64,000 bases of DNA from Candidatus Brocadia sp. Lineage in GTDB: Bacteria; Planctomycetota; Brocadiia; Brocadiales; Brocadiaceae. The DNA is taken from NCBI GenBank assembly GCA_011525665.1, contig WYAU01000093.1:3793-67792 (forward strand). Reading direction: 5' to 3'. Shown in pieces: positions 19,993 to 29,534 of this stretch. The number at the start of each line of letters is the position of its first letter. Position 1 is the first letter of the stretch. Both the position numbers and the translations under genes were made by a program. Below the pieces are notes generated by a model, which saw nothing but the letters and a program-made list of their open reading frames with translations, did no database searches and was not told where the DNA came from.

Positions 19993-20961
19993 ATGATTCC
20001 CAAATTTTCTGTGCGAAATATTCCTCTGTGCGGGGACCTGATCCTCTCCCCGATGGCCGGTTTTTCAGATGTCCCTTTTCGGCTCATCTGTCGGGAATTT
20101 GGCATGGCAATGAGTTATACCGAGGTGATTTCTATGGATGGTGTATTATGGAAAAACAAAAAGACCTTTAAACTCCTTGATTACAGGCAGGGAGAGAGGC
20201 CTGTCGTTTTCCAGATTCTTGGCAATAATGAGGACGGAATTGTAAGGGCCTGTCAAATGATAGAACCACTTGGACCGGATATTATCGATGTTAATATGGG
20301 TTGTTCCGTGTCAGATATAGCCGGCAAAGGAGCTGGCGCAGGACTTTTAAAAAATCCTGCCAGGATCGGCCGCATTTTTCATAAACTCACAAGAACACTC
20401 CGGGTACCCGTAACGGGTAAAATTCGGCTGGGATGGGATGACAAATCCCGTAATTACCGGGAGGTTGCCCGCATACTTGAGGATAACGGTGCCTCTCTCA
20501 TAGCCGTACACGGCCGGACAAGATCACAGTTCTTTTACGGCAAGGCCGACTGGGACGCAATTGCTGAAATCAAACAAATCGTAAAGATCCCGGTGATTGG
20601 AAATGGAGACGTGAAGTGTGTGGCTGACATTGAGCGAATCAAAAGAAATACCGGATGCGACGGGGTAATGATCGGGCGGGCTGCAATAGGCCATCCCTGG
20701 ATTTTTCAGCACAAGGACAGGGAACAGGTTATGTCCTCCGATAAGATAGAAATCATCCAAAGGCATTTATCGCACATGCTGGAATACTACGGGTCTGATA
20801 CCGGTATTATTCTTTTCCGGAAACACGCGACAAAGTACATCATGGGTATGCCGAATGCAACGGAACTGCGTCCGCTCCTTGTAACGAGCACTAGTGCTGA
20901 GGAGATTGTCGATCTTATTGCTTCTCATTTTGATCGTATTCAGAAACACAGAGCAGCATAA
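19993..20961 (+). CDS. dus: tRNA-dihydrouridine synthase
   Basis: 322 aa. LSPMAGFSDVPFR, DVNMGC, IAVHGRTR and GNGD motifs of the Dus family. Confidence 0.9.
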   Translation: MIPKFSVRNIPLCGDLILSPMAGFSDVPFRLICREFGMAMSYTEVISMDGVLWKNKKTFKLLDYRQGERPVVFQILGNNEDGIVRACQMIEPLGPDIIDVNMGCSVSDIAGKGAGAGLLKNPARIGRIFHKLTRTLRVPVTGKIRLGWDDKSRNYREVARILEDNGASLIAVHGRTRSQFFYGKADWDAIAEIKQIVKIPVIGNGDVKCVADIERIKRNTGCDGVMIGRAAIGHPWIFQHKDREQVMSSDKIEIIQRHLSHMLEYYGSDTGIILFRKHATKYIMGMPNATELRPLLVTSTSAEEIVDLIASHFDRIQKHRAA

Positions 20962-21064
20962 CGTTCGAGTTATGTGAATGTCAGAAATTTCACACAAAAG
21001 TAAAAAAACGTTGTTATCTGCGTTTTATCAGAAAAAATCTGCATCCTATTGAAAAGGAAGACAA

Positions 21065-22084
21065 ATGAAAACAGGTGTCATACTAATTTCGCATGGCAGT
21101 AAATTAAGTAGCGGTAATGACGGGTTGTTTAAAGTTGCTGAAATGCTCCGTGCGATGAATCGCTGGGATATGGTGGAAGCCGCTTTCCTGCAGTTGGCAG
21201 AACCAGGATTTCCTGATGTTGTAAAAAAGACCGTGGAAAATGGCGTGAGCCGTATTGTTGTGGTGCCGTTGTTGTTGTTTAAAGGAAATCATGTCTATAA
21301 AGACATCCCGGAAATGCTGGAAACTGAGAAGAAAAACTATCCCCAGGTTGAGTTTATCTATTCCAGCAATATTGGCGCCGATGAGAGAATTGCCCTCATT
21401 GCGGCCGACCGCATTCACGAGGTGTTGATAGAAAAACAGTATGGGAACAGGCAGCGCATTGAGCAACCGCAGGCTATCGTTGACGAGAGTTTTGAAATTA
21501 TTGAGAAACTGGTCGACCTGGAATCAGTACCTGAACGGCACCGGCCAATTATCCAGCGTGCTATCCATGCAACGGGAGATACGGAATATGCATATAATTT
21601 AATTTTTCATCCCAAGGCCGTTGAGTCTGGCATTTGTTCCTTAAGAAGCGGAAAAAATATTGTTACCGATGTGAATATGGTAAAGTCCGGAATCAGCAAA
21701 GGGCCTGTCGAAAAATTTGGGGGTAAGATCGTTTGTAAGATTTCAGATAAATCTGTCATTGACGAGGCCAGGCGGTTTGGCAAGACCCGTGCCATTGTGT
21801 CTATGCAGCAATCTACAGATGAGATGAAAGACGGCATTGTGGTTATTGGCAACGCCCCCACCGCCCTGTTTGAGCTTATTGAACTGATAAAAAGGGGTTT
21901 AGCACAACCCGCCCTTGTCGTAGGTATTCCTGTGGGCTTTGTGGGGGCTGTGGAGGCAAAGTATGCGTTAAAGGATATTTCAGTACCTTACATAACCAAT
22001 ACCAGCAGGAAGGGAGGCAGTGCCGTGGCGGTATCGATTGTAAATGCTGTGATAGCACTGGCAAAAGAACAACCAGGGAAATAA
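21065..22084 (+). CDS. cbiXC: Fusion of sirohydrochlorin cobaltochelatase CbiX (small form) and cobalt-precorrin-8 methylmutase CbiC
   Basis: N-terminal ~125 aa: ILISHGS...VVPLLLFKGNHVYKDIP (CbiX-S). C-terminal ~210 aa: IHATGD, GNAPTAL, GIPVGFVGAVEAK, RKGGSAVAVSIVNA (CbiC/CobH). Confidence 0.85.
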   Translation: MKTGVILISHGSKLSSGNDGLFKVAEMLRAMNRWDMVEAAFLQLAEPGFPDVVKKTVENGVSRIVVVPLLLFKGNHVYKDIPEMLETEKKNYPQVEFIYSSNIGADERIALIAADRIHEVLIEKQYGNRQRIEQPQAIVDESFEIIEKLVDLESVPERHRPIIQRAIHATGDTEYAYNLIFHPKAVESGICSLRSGKNIVTDVNMVKSGISKGPVEKFGGKIVCKISDKSVIDEARRFGKTRAIVSMQQSTDEMKDGIVVIGNAPTALFELIELIKRGLAQPALVVGIPVGFVGAVEAKYALKDISVPYITNTSRKGGSAVAVSIVNAVIALAKEQPGK

Positions 22085-22461
22085 GAGGAAGGATCCGTGG
22101 GGAGAAAAGAATATTGAAAAGTATTCACGTTGAGAGTTTGCGCTATCCCTGTTTTTTGCATTGTTTAACGGAAAAAGGTTGAAATTTCTTATCATTGAAA
22201 TAGTGGGGGGATGGCTGTTGAAGGAACAATCATATTGTCAACCGGGGATGGTTGACCTGCCATGACACGTTTTGGGATTTGCCATATCATCAATCCATCA
22301 TCCATCATATTTGGCATGACAAGCGTCTCTGCTTGTCATGATGAAGCATTTCCTTATTTATTTCTTTTTTTCTGCCATAAATACTGATAAGATATTTTTT
22401 GCCGTTAATGTGTATTTATGACAGTAAGAATTTGTGGTGGAATGGATTTAAAGAATTATAC

Positions 22462-23721
22462 ATGTCTTTACGATTTGGCTACACAACAGGAAGTTGCGCA
22501 GCGGCAGCGGCCAGGGCGGCTGCAATCGGTTTGTTTCAGGGAAATATCCCTGATGTGGTAGAGATTGATACCCCGTCAGGTATAAAGCTTAGGCTTAATA
22601 CACTCGATAAGCAGTTATCAGACACTGTGGCATGTTGCGCGGTACAAAAAGATGCCGGAGACGATCCGGATGTGACTAACGGGTGTCTGGTACATGCACG
22701 GGTTGAAAGAACTTTTAGCGAAGCAATCGAGATTGATGGAGGCGAAGGCGTAGGCCGCGTGACAAAACCAGGATTGCAGGTGCCGGTGGGTCACGCAGCA
22801 ATTAATCCTGTACCGCGACGCATGATCGAGAATGCAGTCAGAGGAGCCATTGGCAATGGCGCCGGGGTCAGGATAACCATCTCTGTCCCCAGCGGAAAGA
22901 TTTTAGGGGAAAAGACATTTAATCCAAAGCTCGGCATCATTGGCGGGATTTCCATCATTGGAACCACAGGGATTGTGAGACCAATGTCAGAAGACGCATT
23001 CAAGACCTCTTTGCTGTGTGGACTTGATATCGCACGTGGAATTGGATACGAAACGGTAGTATTGGTACCGGGTAACATGGGTGAACGCTCTCTGTTAAAT
23101 TTGGTCACTATTCCCAAAGATCAGATTATTCAGACAAGCAATTTTGTGGGCTTCATGCTGGATGCAGCCCGGGAAAGATGCTTTCAGAAGGTCATACTTG
23201 CAGGACATCCGGGTAAATTGGTCAAGCTGTTGCGGGGTGATTTCCATACCCACAGTGCCGTTTCTAAACCTGCAAACGATATCCTGATAGATATCATAGT
23301 ACAACAAGTACAAAACAGGGGTCAGGGGCAAGGGGTCGGGGATCAGAAGGCGGAGGCCAGAGGCCGGTGGTCTGAAGGACAACACCCGGCGTCCGGAGCA
23401 AAACCCGGAGAAAACAAATATCCTTTACACGATAATACCTCCAGGGAAAGCCCCCAGGCAAACGCATTACTCAATCGCGTAAAAGAGGTTTTAACCGTAG
23501 AAGGGATCGTTGAATTGTTGAGAGCATATCAATGCCTGGCTATAATGAACGAAGTTGCGGAACGGATTGAGGACAAGGTACGGATATTTTGCAAGGGCGA
23601 ACGGCAGTTAGCCCCTCCAGAGGTTGGTGTAATTTTATTTGATATGAAAGGCGCAATTATAGGTATTTCAGACAGTGCTCGGTCATGGTTGAATCTTATA
23701 AAAACAAAGTCATCCTTGTAG
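22462..23721 (+). CDS. cbiD: Cobalt-precorrin-5B (C1)-methyltransferase CbiD, with internal low-complexity insertion
   Basis: Start set at MSLRFGYTTGSCAAAAARAA (canonical CbiD N-terminus). Motifs KDAGDDPDVTNG, GGISIIGTTGIVRPMS, GHPGKLVKL. A G/Q/E/R/P-rich segment of about 45 aa is encoded at 23314-23455. Confidence 0.9.
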   Translation: MSLRFGYTTGSCAAAAARAAAIGLFQGNIPDVVEIDTPSGIKLRLNTLDKQLSDTVACCAVQKDAGDDPDVTNGCLVHARVERTFSEAIEIDGGEGVGRVTKPGLQVPVGHAAINPVPRRMIENAVRGAIGNGAGVRITISVPSGKILGEKTFNPKLGIIGGISIIGTTGIVRPMSEDAFKTSLLCGLDIARGIGYETVVLVPGNMGERSLLNLVTIPKDQIIQTSNFVGFMLDAARERCFQKVILAGHPGKLVKLLRGDFHTHSAVSKPANDILIDIIVQQVQNRGQGQGVGDQKAEARGRWSEGQHPASGAKPGENKYPLHDNTSRESPQANALLNRVKEVLTVEGIVELLRAYQCLAIMNEVAERIEDKVRIFCKGERQLAPPEVGVILFDMKGAIIGISDSARSWLNLIKTKSSL

Positions 23722-24329
23722 GTTGCGGGCCGGGATTGAAGGCTTACATTTCTCCCAAGGCCCTTTACAATGTTAAAAAGGCTGATATCCTCGTGGGAAG
23801 CCGGCGCTTATTGAAGCTCTTCCCCGGTGTCGATGCCGAAAAGATAATTTTGGAGAAAAATTATAGTATTTTGATAAAAAAGATTGCCGACTGGAGTTCT
23901 ACGAAACAGGTCGTGGTGCTGGTGAGTGGCGATCCGTGTTTCTTCAGTTATGCAAAGATGATTGTAAAGAAGATGGGACGCGAATCTTGCATAATTATTC
24001 CCGGTATCAGCAGTATACAGCTTGCCTTTGCAGCCGTTGGTGAAAGCTGGGATGATGCGTGTTTTGTTAGTTTGCACGGAAGAAATGATGGCTATGACCA
24101 CCTTATGAAAAAAGTCAGGGAATATAGTAAGGTTGGAATCCTGACAGATCTTAAAAATACACCTGCCGTTATTGCCCGCCAGTTATTAAAAGGCGGAATT
24201 CAGGAGAGACAGATGTTTGTGTGTGAAAATCTTTCCCTTCCGGAAGAATCTGTTCGTGAGACAGATTTGGTCTCAGCGGTACATTTAAAAACAAACGCTG
24301 CATCTGTAGTGATTATAAAAAAGTATTAA
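23685..24329 (+). CDS. cbiE: Cobalt-precorrin-7 (C5)-methyltransferase CbiE
   Basis: 214 aa. KVILVGCGPG, VVVLVSGDPCFFS and IPGISS tetrapyrrole-methylase motifs. Overlaps the cbiD end by 37 nt, so the start is somewhat uncertain. No CbiT domain. Confidence 0.8.
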   Translation: MVESYKNKVILVGCGPGLKAYISPKALYNVKKADILVGSRRLLKLFPGVDAEKIILEKNYSILIKKIADWSSTKQVVVLVSGDPCFFSYAKMIVKKMGRESCIIIPGISSIQLAFAAVGESWDDACFVSLHGRNDGYDHLMKKVREYSKVGILTDLKNTPAVIARQLLKGGIQERQMFVCENLSLPEESVRETDLVSAVHLKTNAASVVIIKKY

Positions 24330-24410
24330 AACTGAAACATTTACGAGCCACAGACTCACAGGAAAGCAGGAAGGCAGAAACAGAAAGAATGAACTCCTGT
24401 TTTACGGTAA

Positions 24411-25145
24411 ATGCTATATATAAAGGGTTTTCATGTGGCAAAAGGTAATTTCTACGGTATTGGTTTGGGTCCGGGTGATCCCGAACTCCTCACATTAAAG
24501 GCGATTCATACCCTTCAACAAGCAGATTGTATCTTCGTCCCAAAATCAGATACAAAAGAAGACAGTCTGGCGCTGGAAATTGTCAGGGATTATGTAAAAG
24601 GGAAAAAGGTCACTGAGCAGATTTATCCCATGACAAAGGATAAATCCGTTCTGAATGCCGCGTGGCTCAAGGCTGCAGAAGAGGTCTATACCGAGGTGAG
24701 AAACGGATACGATGCGGCTTATCTCACAGTGGGGGACCCCATGACATTCAGCACCTATATTTATTTGCTGCGCCATTTAAGCACCATGTTGCCGGAGAGT
24801 ACTATACACACAATCCCCGGTATTACCTCATATAATGCCGCTGCATGCGTGGCCAATTATCCCTTACTGACGGGTGATGAACGTCTGGCAGTAATTCCTG
24901 TGCCAAAGGATATAAAGGAATTACGTCCCATCTTGGAAGCATTTGATACAGTTGTTATAATGAAGGTGGCCAAGACACTGGATGAGGTAATTCAACTGCT
25001 CGAGGAAATGAATCTCTCCGATAATGCCTTGTTTGCCTCTTACGTCGGACAAAAGGATGCCTATCTTACGTGTGATCTTGTATCACTAAAGGGAAGCGGA
25101 AGAGGTTACATGTCTGTGTTGATTGTAAAGCGAGTGAGGCATTAA
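24411..25145 (+). CDS. cbiL: Cobalt-factor II / precorrin-2 C20-methyltransferase CbiL
   Basis: 244 aa. FYGIGLGPGDPELLTLKA, LTVGDPMTFSTY and IPGITS. The true start may be the GTG 8 codons downstream. Confidence 0.85.
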   Translation: MLYIKGFHVAKGNFYGIGLGPGDPELLTLKAIHTLQQADCIFVPKSDTKEDSLALEIVRDYVKGKKVTEQIYPMTKDKSVLNAAWLKAAEEVYTEVRNGYDAAYLTVGDPMTFSTYIYLLRHLSTMLPESTIHTIPGITSYNAAACVANYPLLTGDERLAVIPVPKDIKELRPILEAFDTVVIMKVAKTLDEVIQLLEEMNLSDNALFASYVGQKDAYLTCDLVSLKGSGRGYMSVLIVKRVRH

Positions 25146-25211
25146 TACATCATGTAAAGGAGTCAATGAACGCCGGCAGCTTCAAGCACGATATCCTTTC
25201 CGATAATCTTT

Positions 25212-25643
25212 TCACCCCGCAAAATCTTGACTTGAACTGGACCGTCGCGTGCGTTTGGTCTCACCCCTGCGGTGCTTGGATTCCAAACGACGCTTCTTCG
25301 AGGCGGACGTAGGCCTTGTCCTTCGGCGAAGCTTCGGTTTTTCGGTTGCCTTACGGGTCAATTCAATCAGGCGGTCAATCGCATCCTGACGGTTGCGCTC
25401 CTGGGTGCGAAACCGCCGGGCGTTCAAAATGAGTATTCCCTCTTCGGTAATACACTTACCGGCAAGGCGAAGCAGACGTTCGCGGACATCATCAGGAATG
25501 CTGCGAGAGTTACGCACGTTGAAACGAAGTTGCACGGCCGTGGCAACCTTGTTGACATTCTGTCCACCCGGTCCGGAGGCACGAATGAAATCAAACTGAA
25601 CTTCATCATCGTTAAGTGAAATTGTTCGTGTGATTTGGATCAT
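25212..25643 (-). CDS. arfB: Peptidyl-tRNA hydrolase ArfB (alternative ribosome-rescue factor B)
   Basis: 143 aa. SGPGGQNVNKV (GGQ motif) followed by a very basic C-terminal tail (KPKLRRRTRPTSASKKRRLESKHRR). Confidence 0.85.
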   Translation of the reverse strand: MIQITRTISLNDDEVQFDFIRASGPGGQNVNKVATAVQLRFNVRNSRSIPDDVRERLLRLAGKCITEEGILILNARRFRTQERNRQDAIDRLIELTRKATEKPKLRRRTRPTSASKKRRLESKHRRGETKRTRRSSSSQDFAG

Positions 25644-25722
25644 GTCTTTTTTTTATCCACCACGAGCAACAAGAGGTAACCTCCCGGCGCACGTATCCCC
25701 CCTCTCAAGTTGGCCCCCATCA

Positions 25723-25793
25723 CTTCCCGCCTTCGCACGAAGTAACTTCAGCGAGAGCTCAAACGAACGATACAGGAGAAGTATAAACCTTCC
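25723..25793. repeat. GC-rich hairpin repeat element (family copy E)
   Basis: ccgccttcgcacgaagtaacttcagcgagagctcaaacgaacgatacaggagaagtataaaccttcc aligns by eye at roughly 70% with 4558-4632 (copy A). Confidence 0.5.
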
Positions 25794-25875
25794 TAAAAAA
25801 TTTTAACAGGTCAATACTTTTGCATTCACCATCAGAGAAATCTCCTCGCTCCCGGCCTATTTAAAAAATACTTTT

Positions 25876-26385
25876 TTAACTTTCAGTAATTGTCACCTTC
25901 GTCATGATTTCACCCTGGCGGATTGCATTGACCACATCCTGGCCGCTGACCACTTTGCCAAAGACTGTGTGCTTACCATTGAGGTGTGGTTGCGGCGAGT
26001 GTGTGATAAAGAATTGGCTCCCATTCGTGTTCGGTCCGGCATTGGCCATCGAAATCACACCGGTGTCATGGGTTAAAGGGTTGCCTTTTACTTCGTCTTC
26101 GAATCTGTATCCGGGCCCACCTCTGCCGCTGCCGGTGGGATCGCCGCCCTGGACCATAAAGTCGTTGATTACCCGATGAAATGACACACCATCATAAAAT
26201 CCCTCCCGGGCCAGAAATACGAAGTTGTTGACCGTTTTGGGGGCGTGTTTTGGATATAACTCAATCTTAATCTCACCCATCTCAGTTTCTATTGTTGCCT
26301 GGTAATTTTTTTGCGGATCTATCTGCATTGCCGGCGGGCTGCTCCAGTGTTTGTTAGACACAATGACTCCTTTCTCAAAAAACAC
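25876..26385 (-). CDS. ppiB: Cyclophilin-type peptidyl-prolyl cis-trans isomerase
   Basis: 169 aa. [25 protein letters not shown] and [17 protein letters not shown]. Start uncertain (possible internal Met at MQIDPQK). Confidence 0.9.
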   Translation of the reverse strand: MFFEKGVIVSNKHWSSPPAMQIDPQKNYQATIETEMGEIKIELYPKHAPKTVNNFVFLAREGFYDGVSFHRVINDFMVQGGDPTGSGRGGPGYRFEDEVKGNPLTHDTGVISMANAGPNTNGSQFFITHSPQPHLNGKHTVFGKVVSGQDVVNAIRQGEIMTKVTITES

Positions 26386-26502
26386 AGTGAAAAATTTTTA
26401 CTGACAATTTATCTTCACATTTTGATGAAGTATTTAGACGCACTGCTATAACCACAGATTTCAAAAGATAAAGAAACATATCCTCCGGGAAATCTGTGCT
26501 CT

Positions 26503-26531
26503 AAAAATATTTATGGCATAAGAATGCCATA
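26503..26531 (-). terminator. Candidate rho-independent terminator downstream of cobT
   Basis: 8-bp stem TATGGCAT-tctt-ATGCCATA on the minus strand, followed by AATATTTTTAG, 12 nt after the cobT stop. Confidence 0.5.
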
Positions 26532-26542
26532 TTCTCTCCCTG

Positions 26543-27604
26543 CTACTGTATGTGTGGTTCTGATACCCCTGCTTCCTGGAATGTAGCCATTTCAGTTAAT
26601 AATTTTACCCCTGCTTCCATCATGCTTATGCCCAGTGCGGCACCAGTTCCTTCGCCAAGTCGCATGTTTAAATTAAAGAGCGGTTTTTTGCCCAGCAGAT
26701 CCAACATGATCCTGTGCCCCTTTTCCGCCGAAACGTGGGAAGATATAAGATACCCGTTTACTTTAGGCTCAATCGCGTGGGCTATGAGGGCTCCAGCCGT
26801 TGAAATAAAACCATCCAGAATTACCGGAATACGATAACGAGCGGCTCCTAAACATAAACCGGCAATCCCCCCAATCTCGTATCCACCGACCTTCGCCAGC
26901 ACGTCTAAAGGGTCATCAGGATCGGGTTGATTCACATCGATTGCCTTTTTAATCACACGAACCTTTCTTTGATAAGATTCTTCATTCAGACCCGTCCCCC
27001 GGCCTGTTGCCGAATCAACGTCCATCCTTCCCAACACAGCAAGTATGGCGCTGCTGGGGGTTGTGTTGGCAATTCCCATATCCCCCGCGCCGATAATATC
27101 CAGACCCTCTTTCACTTCCTCCTCTATCAATTCAATACCAGCTTCAACAGACCGAATCGCCTCTTCCCTTGACATTGCAGGACCTACTGCCATATTCTTT
27201 GTGCCGGGACCAATCTTCTTCATCTTCAGACAGGGATTCGTTTCCACATACGATACAATCCCGCAGTCTACCACAATAACCTTTGCACCGATATGACGTG
27301 CGAGGACATTGATCGCGGCCCCCCCTTCTATGAAATTTCGAACCATTTGTCCTGTAACGTGCTGCGGAAAGGCACTGACACCCTCTTCCACCACACCATG
27401 GTCACCCGCCATGGTAAAGATTTTCTTATGGTTTATTTTGACGTTCACACCTCCTCTTATGGAGGCGTATATCGTAGCCAACTCTTCCAGTCGCCCCAGG
27501 CTTCCCTTTGGTATGGCAAATGTTTTAAATTTAGACGCGATTTCACCATAGGGATCTATAATAACATCATCCAACCACTCTAAGGTACGTTTTAATAGTT
27601 TCAT
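26543..27604 (-). CDS. cobT: Nicotinate-nucleotide--dimethylbenzimidazole phosphoribosyltransferase CobT
   Basis: 353 aa. KPKGSLGRLEELA, GDHGV, GDMGIANTT and LGEGTGAAL motifs. Confidence 0.9.
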   Translation of the reverse strand: MKLLKRTLEWLDDVIIDPYGEIASKFKTFAIPKGSLGRLEELATIYASIRGGVNVKINHKKIFTMAGDHGVVEEGVSAFPQHVTGQMVRNFIEGGAAINVLARHIGAKVIVVDCGIVSYVETNPCLKMKKIGPGTKNMAVGPAMSREEAIRSVEAGIELIEEEVKEGLDIIGAGDMGIANTTPSSAILAVLGRMDVDSATGRGTGLNEESYQRKVRVIKKAIDVNQPDPDDPLDVLAKVGGYEIGGIAGLCLGAARYRIPVILDGFISTAGALIAHAIEPKVNGYLISSHVSAEKGHRIMLDLLGKKPLFNLNMRLGEGTGAALGISMMEAGVKLLTEMATFQEAGVSEPHIQ

Positions 27605-27777
27605 TATAAAGCTGCTGAACTAAACAAGTTAAACCAATAATTTAACTAAAGTTATTTTCTATCTGACCGATAATATCAGTTAAGCGACATACCAGTCTTT
27701 CACGATAAGGTATTTTGAAAAGTTCCTTCTCCGTAGTGTAAAATCTGTGAAATTATTACGCATTTCACAAATTTTAT

Positions 27778-29529
27778 ATGTCAAAACAGGATATTTCAAG
27801 CAAATTCACCATGAATAACTTTTTCACCCATATCGAAAATGCCCTGTTAAACGGCGGCATTATCACTGAAGAACAACTGAATAAGGCAAAAGAAATCCAG
27901 AAAAAAGAGAACTCGCATCTTGAAGATGTTCTCGTTAAATTGGGATATTCGACCTACACGACCATTATTCAGTGTCTGGCAGCCCACTATGATTTACCGG
28001 TAGTTGATCTGGGCAAAACCGCTATTCCGCCAGAAATTGTTTATGTGTTGCCTGTCTCTCTCATAAAGAAGCATTGTATTATGCCCGTTTCAAAAAATAA
28101 CGGCAGCGTTACAATCGCCATGAATAGTCCGCCCGATCTTGGATTTATAGACAATTTACGTTTTATGCTGAACGCAGACATTAAATGCGTTCTTGCCACC
28201 CGCGATGACATAAAGGAAACAATTCGTAAATATTTTGAGATGGAGCCTCAGGAAACCGTGGACACCTTGCTGAAGGAATTCACCGTTTACGAGACAGCAC
28301 TCTGTGAACCAGAGGTTGAGTGGCTGGGTGCGCTTCAAGCAGAATCGAAAACCTCCGAAAATGAAGGACCTATTATTCAGCTGGTTTCCTTAATTATCAA
28401 TAAAGCCGTTTCCTCCCGCGCCAGTGATATTCACGTGGAGCCTCTTTCCAACAGGCTGCGCATACGATACCGAATCGATGGCGTGTGCCAGGAAGCCGAT
28501 GTCCTTCCTAAACATCTTCAGGAGTCTCTTATTTCCCGGATTAAGATACTGGCTCACATTGATATTTCAGAAAAGAGGAGACCACAGGACGGCCGCATCA
28601 GCCTGAGGCATGCAGGAAGGGAACTGGATATTCGTGTGTCCTGCCTGCCATCTATTTATGGAGAAAGTGTGGTTATGCGCCTCCTTGAAAAATCAGCCAT
28701 CCTGATGAATCTGAAAAATCTCGGGTTTTACGAAGATGACTACAGGCGCTTTCATTCCCTTATCAGGAGGCCCAATGGCATATTGTTAATTACAGGTCCC
28801 ACAGGGAGCGGCAAGACAACTACGTTATACGCAGCCATAAATGAACTGAATAAACCTGATACAAAGATCATTACTGCTGAAGACCCCGTGGAGTATACCA
28901 TTCCCGGAATTAATCAAGGCGAGGTAAATGAAAAAATTGGTTTTAAATTTCCTGTTATTTTGAGAACGATGCTCCGTCAGGACCCGAATATCATCCTTGT
29001 TGGTGAGATCCGCGATACGGAAACCGCCGACACCGCCATTGCTGCAGCCCTTACCGGACACCTCGTTCTCAGCACCCTTCATACAAATGACGCTCCTTCC
29101 GCCATAACTAGACTGATTGATATGAATGTAAAACCCTTTCTTGTTGCTGCCTCTTTACAGGGCATCATGGCCCAGCGCTTAGTCAGGACGATTTGTTCGC
29201 ATTGCCAGGAACACGTTCAATACACATCAGAACAGTTGTCAGAAATGGGATTCGAGCCAGAACGATTAAAAGGGTGTTCATTCTATAAGGGGAGGGGTTG
29301 CAAGAACTGCAATAATATTGGCTACTATGGCAGAACGGGTATTTATGAACTGCTGGATATGAATGAAACGTTGCGTGAGATGGTTTATGGCATGGCTGCA
29401 ACAAATGATATCAGGAAGGCCGCCAGGACACTGGGTATGACGACACTGAAAGAAGATGGACTGAGAAAGGCAAGAGACGGCAAAACCACCCTGGAAGAGA
29501 TATTCAGGATTACAGGAATGGATGATTAA
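27778..29529 (+). CDS. GspE/PilB-family type II/IV secretion ATPase (copy 1)
   Basis: 583 aa. N-terminal T2SSE_N-like domain, Walker A GPTGSGKTTT, Asp box, Walker B ILVGEIRD, His box LSTLHTNDA, tetracysteine CSHC...CKNC. Confidence 0.9.
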   Translation: MSKQDISSKFTMNNFFTHIENALLNGGIITEEQLNKAKEIQKKENSHLEDVLVKLGYSTYTTIIQCLAAHYDLPVVDLGKTAIPPEIVYVLPVSLIKKHCIMPVSKNNGSVTIAMNSPPDLGFIDNLRFMLNADIKCVLATRDDIKETIRKYFEMEPQETVDTLLKEFTVYETALCEPEVEWLGALQAESKTSENEGPIIQLVSLIINKAVSSRASDIHVEPLSNRLRIRYRIDGVCQEADVLPKHLQESLISRIKILAHIDISEKRRPQDGRISLRHAGRELDIRVSCLPSIYGESVVMRLLEKSAILMNLKNLGFYEDDYRRFHSLIRRPNGILLITGPTGSGKTTTLYAAINELNKPDTKIITAEDPVEYTIPGINQGEVNEKIGFKFPVILRTMLRQDPNIILVGEIRDTETADTAIAAALTGHLVLSTLHTNDAPSAITRLIDMNVKPFLVAASLQGIMAQRLVRTICSHCQEHVQYTSEQLSEMGFEPERLKGCSFYKGRGCKNCNNIGYYGRTGIYELLDMNETLREMVYGMAATNDIRKAARTLGMTTLKEDGLRKARDGKTTLEEIFRITGMDD

Positions 29530-29534
29530 TAATT

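Noticed and set aside
22313-22338. 10-bp-stem hairpin CATGACAAGC-gtctct-GCTTGTCATG as a terminator for the cbiX/cbiC gene
   Set aside because: It lies about 230 nt downstream of the stop codon and is not directly followed by a T-tract. Its function is unclear and it is not annotated.
22200-22340. Possible cobalamin riboswitch in the 377-bp gap upstream of cbiD (GAAGGAAC ... CCGGGGATGGTTGACCTGCC resembles the end of the B12 box)
   Set aside because: Only the GACCTGCC octamer matches. The B12-box-like string has a 5-nt insertion, and no GCCACTG element or GGTG...AATCC pairing was found. The AGGGAA-like and B12-box-like pieces are about 20 nt apart instead of 80 nt or more. GTCAACC/GGTTGAC simply forms a local hairpin. 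An Rfam RF00174 covariance scan would settle it.
25663-25671. TTATCCACC, a near-consensus DnaA box, and the AT-rich gap at 49813-50247, considered as a possible replication origin
   Set aside because: Only a single DnaA-box-like 9-mer was seen. There is no box cluster and no dnaA or dnaN nearby. The AT-rich gap is better explained as a divergent promoter region with NrdR-like sites.
27746-27769. TGTGAAAT-N8-ATTTCACA inverted repeat about 10 nt upstream of the first ATPase gene, superficially CRP/FNR-like
   Set aside because: The spacing between the TGTGA and TCACA half-sites is 14 nt, not the 6 nt of CRP/FNR-family sites. It may be an operator or a 5'-UTR hairpin, but nothing supports a specific call.
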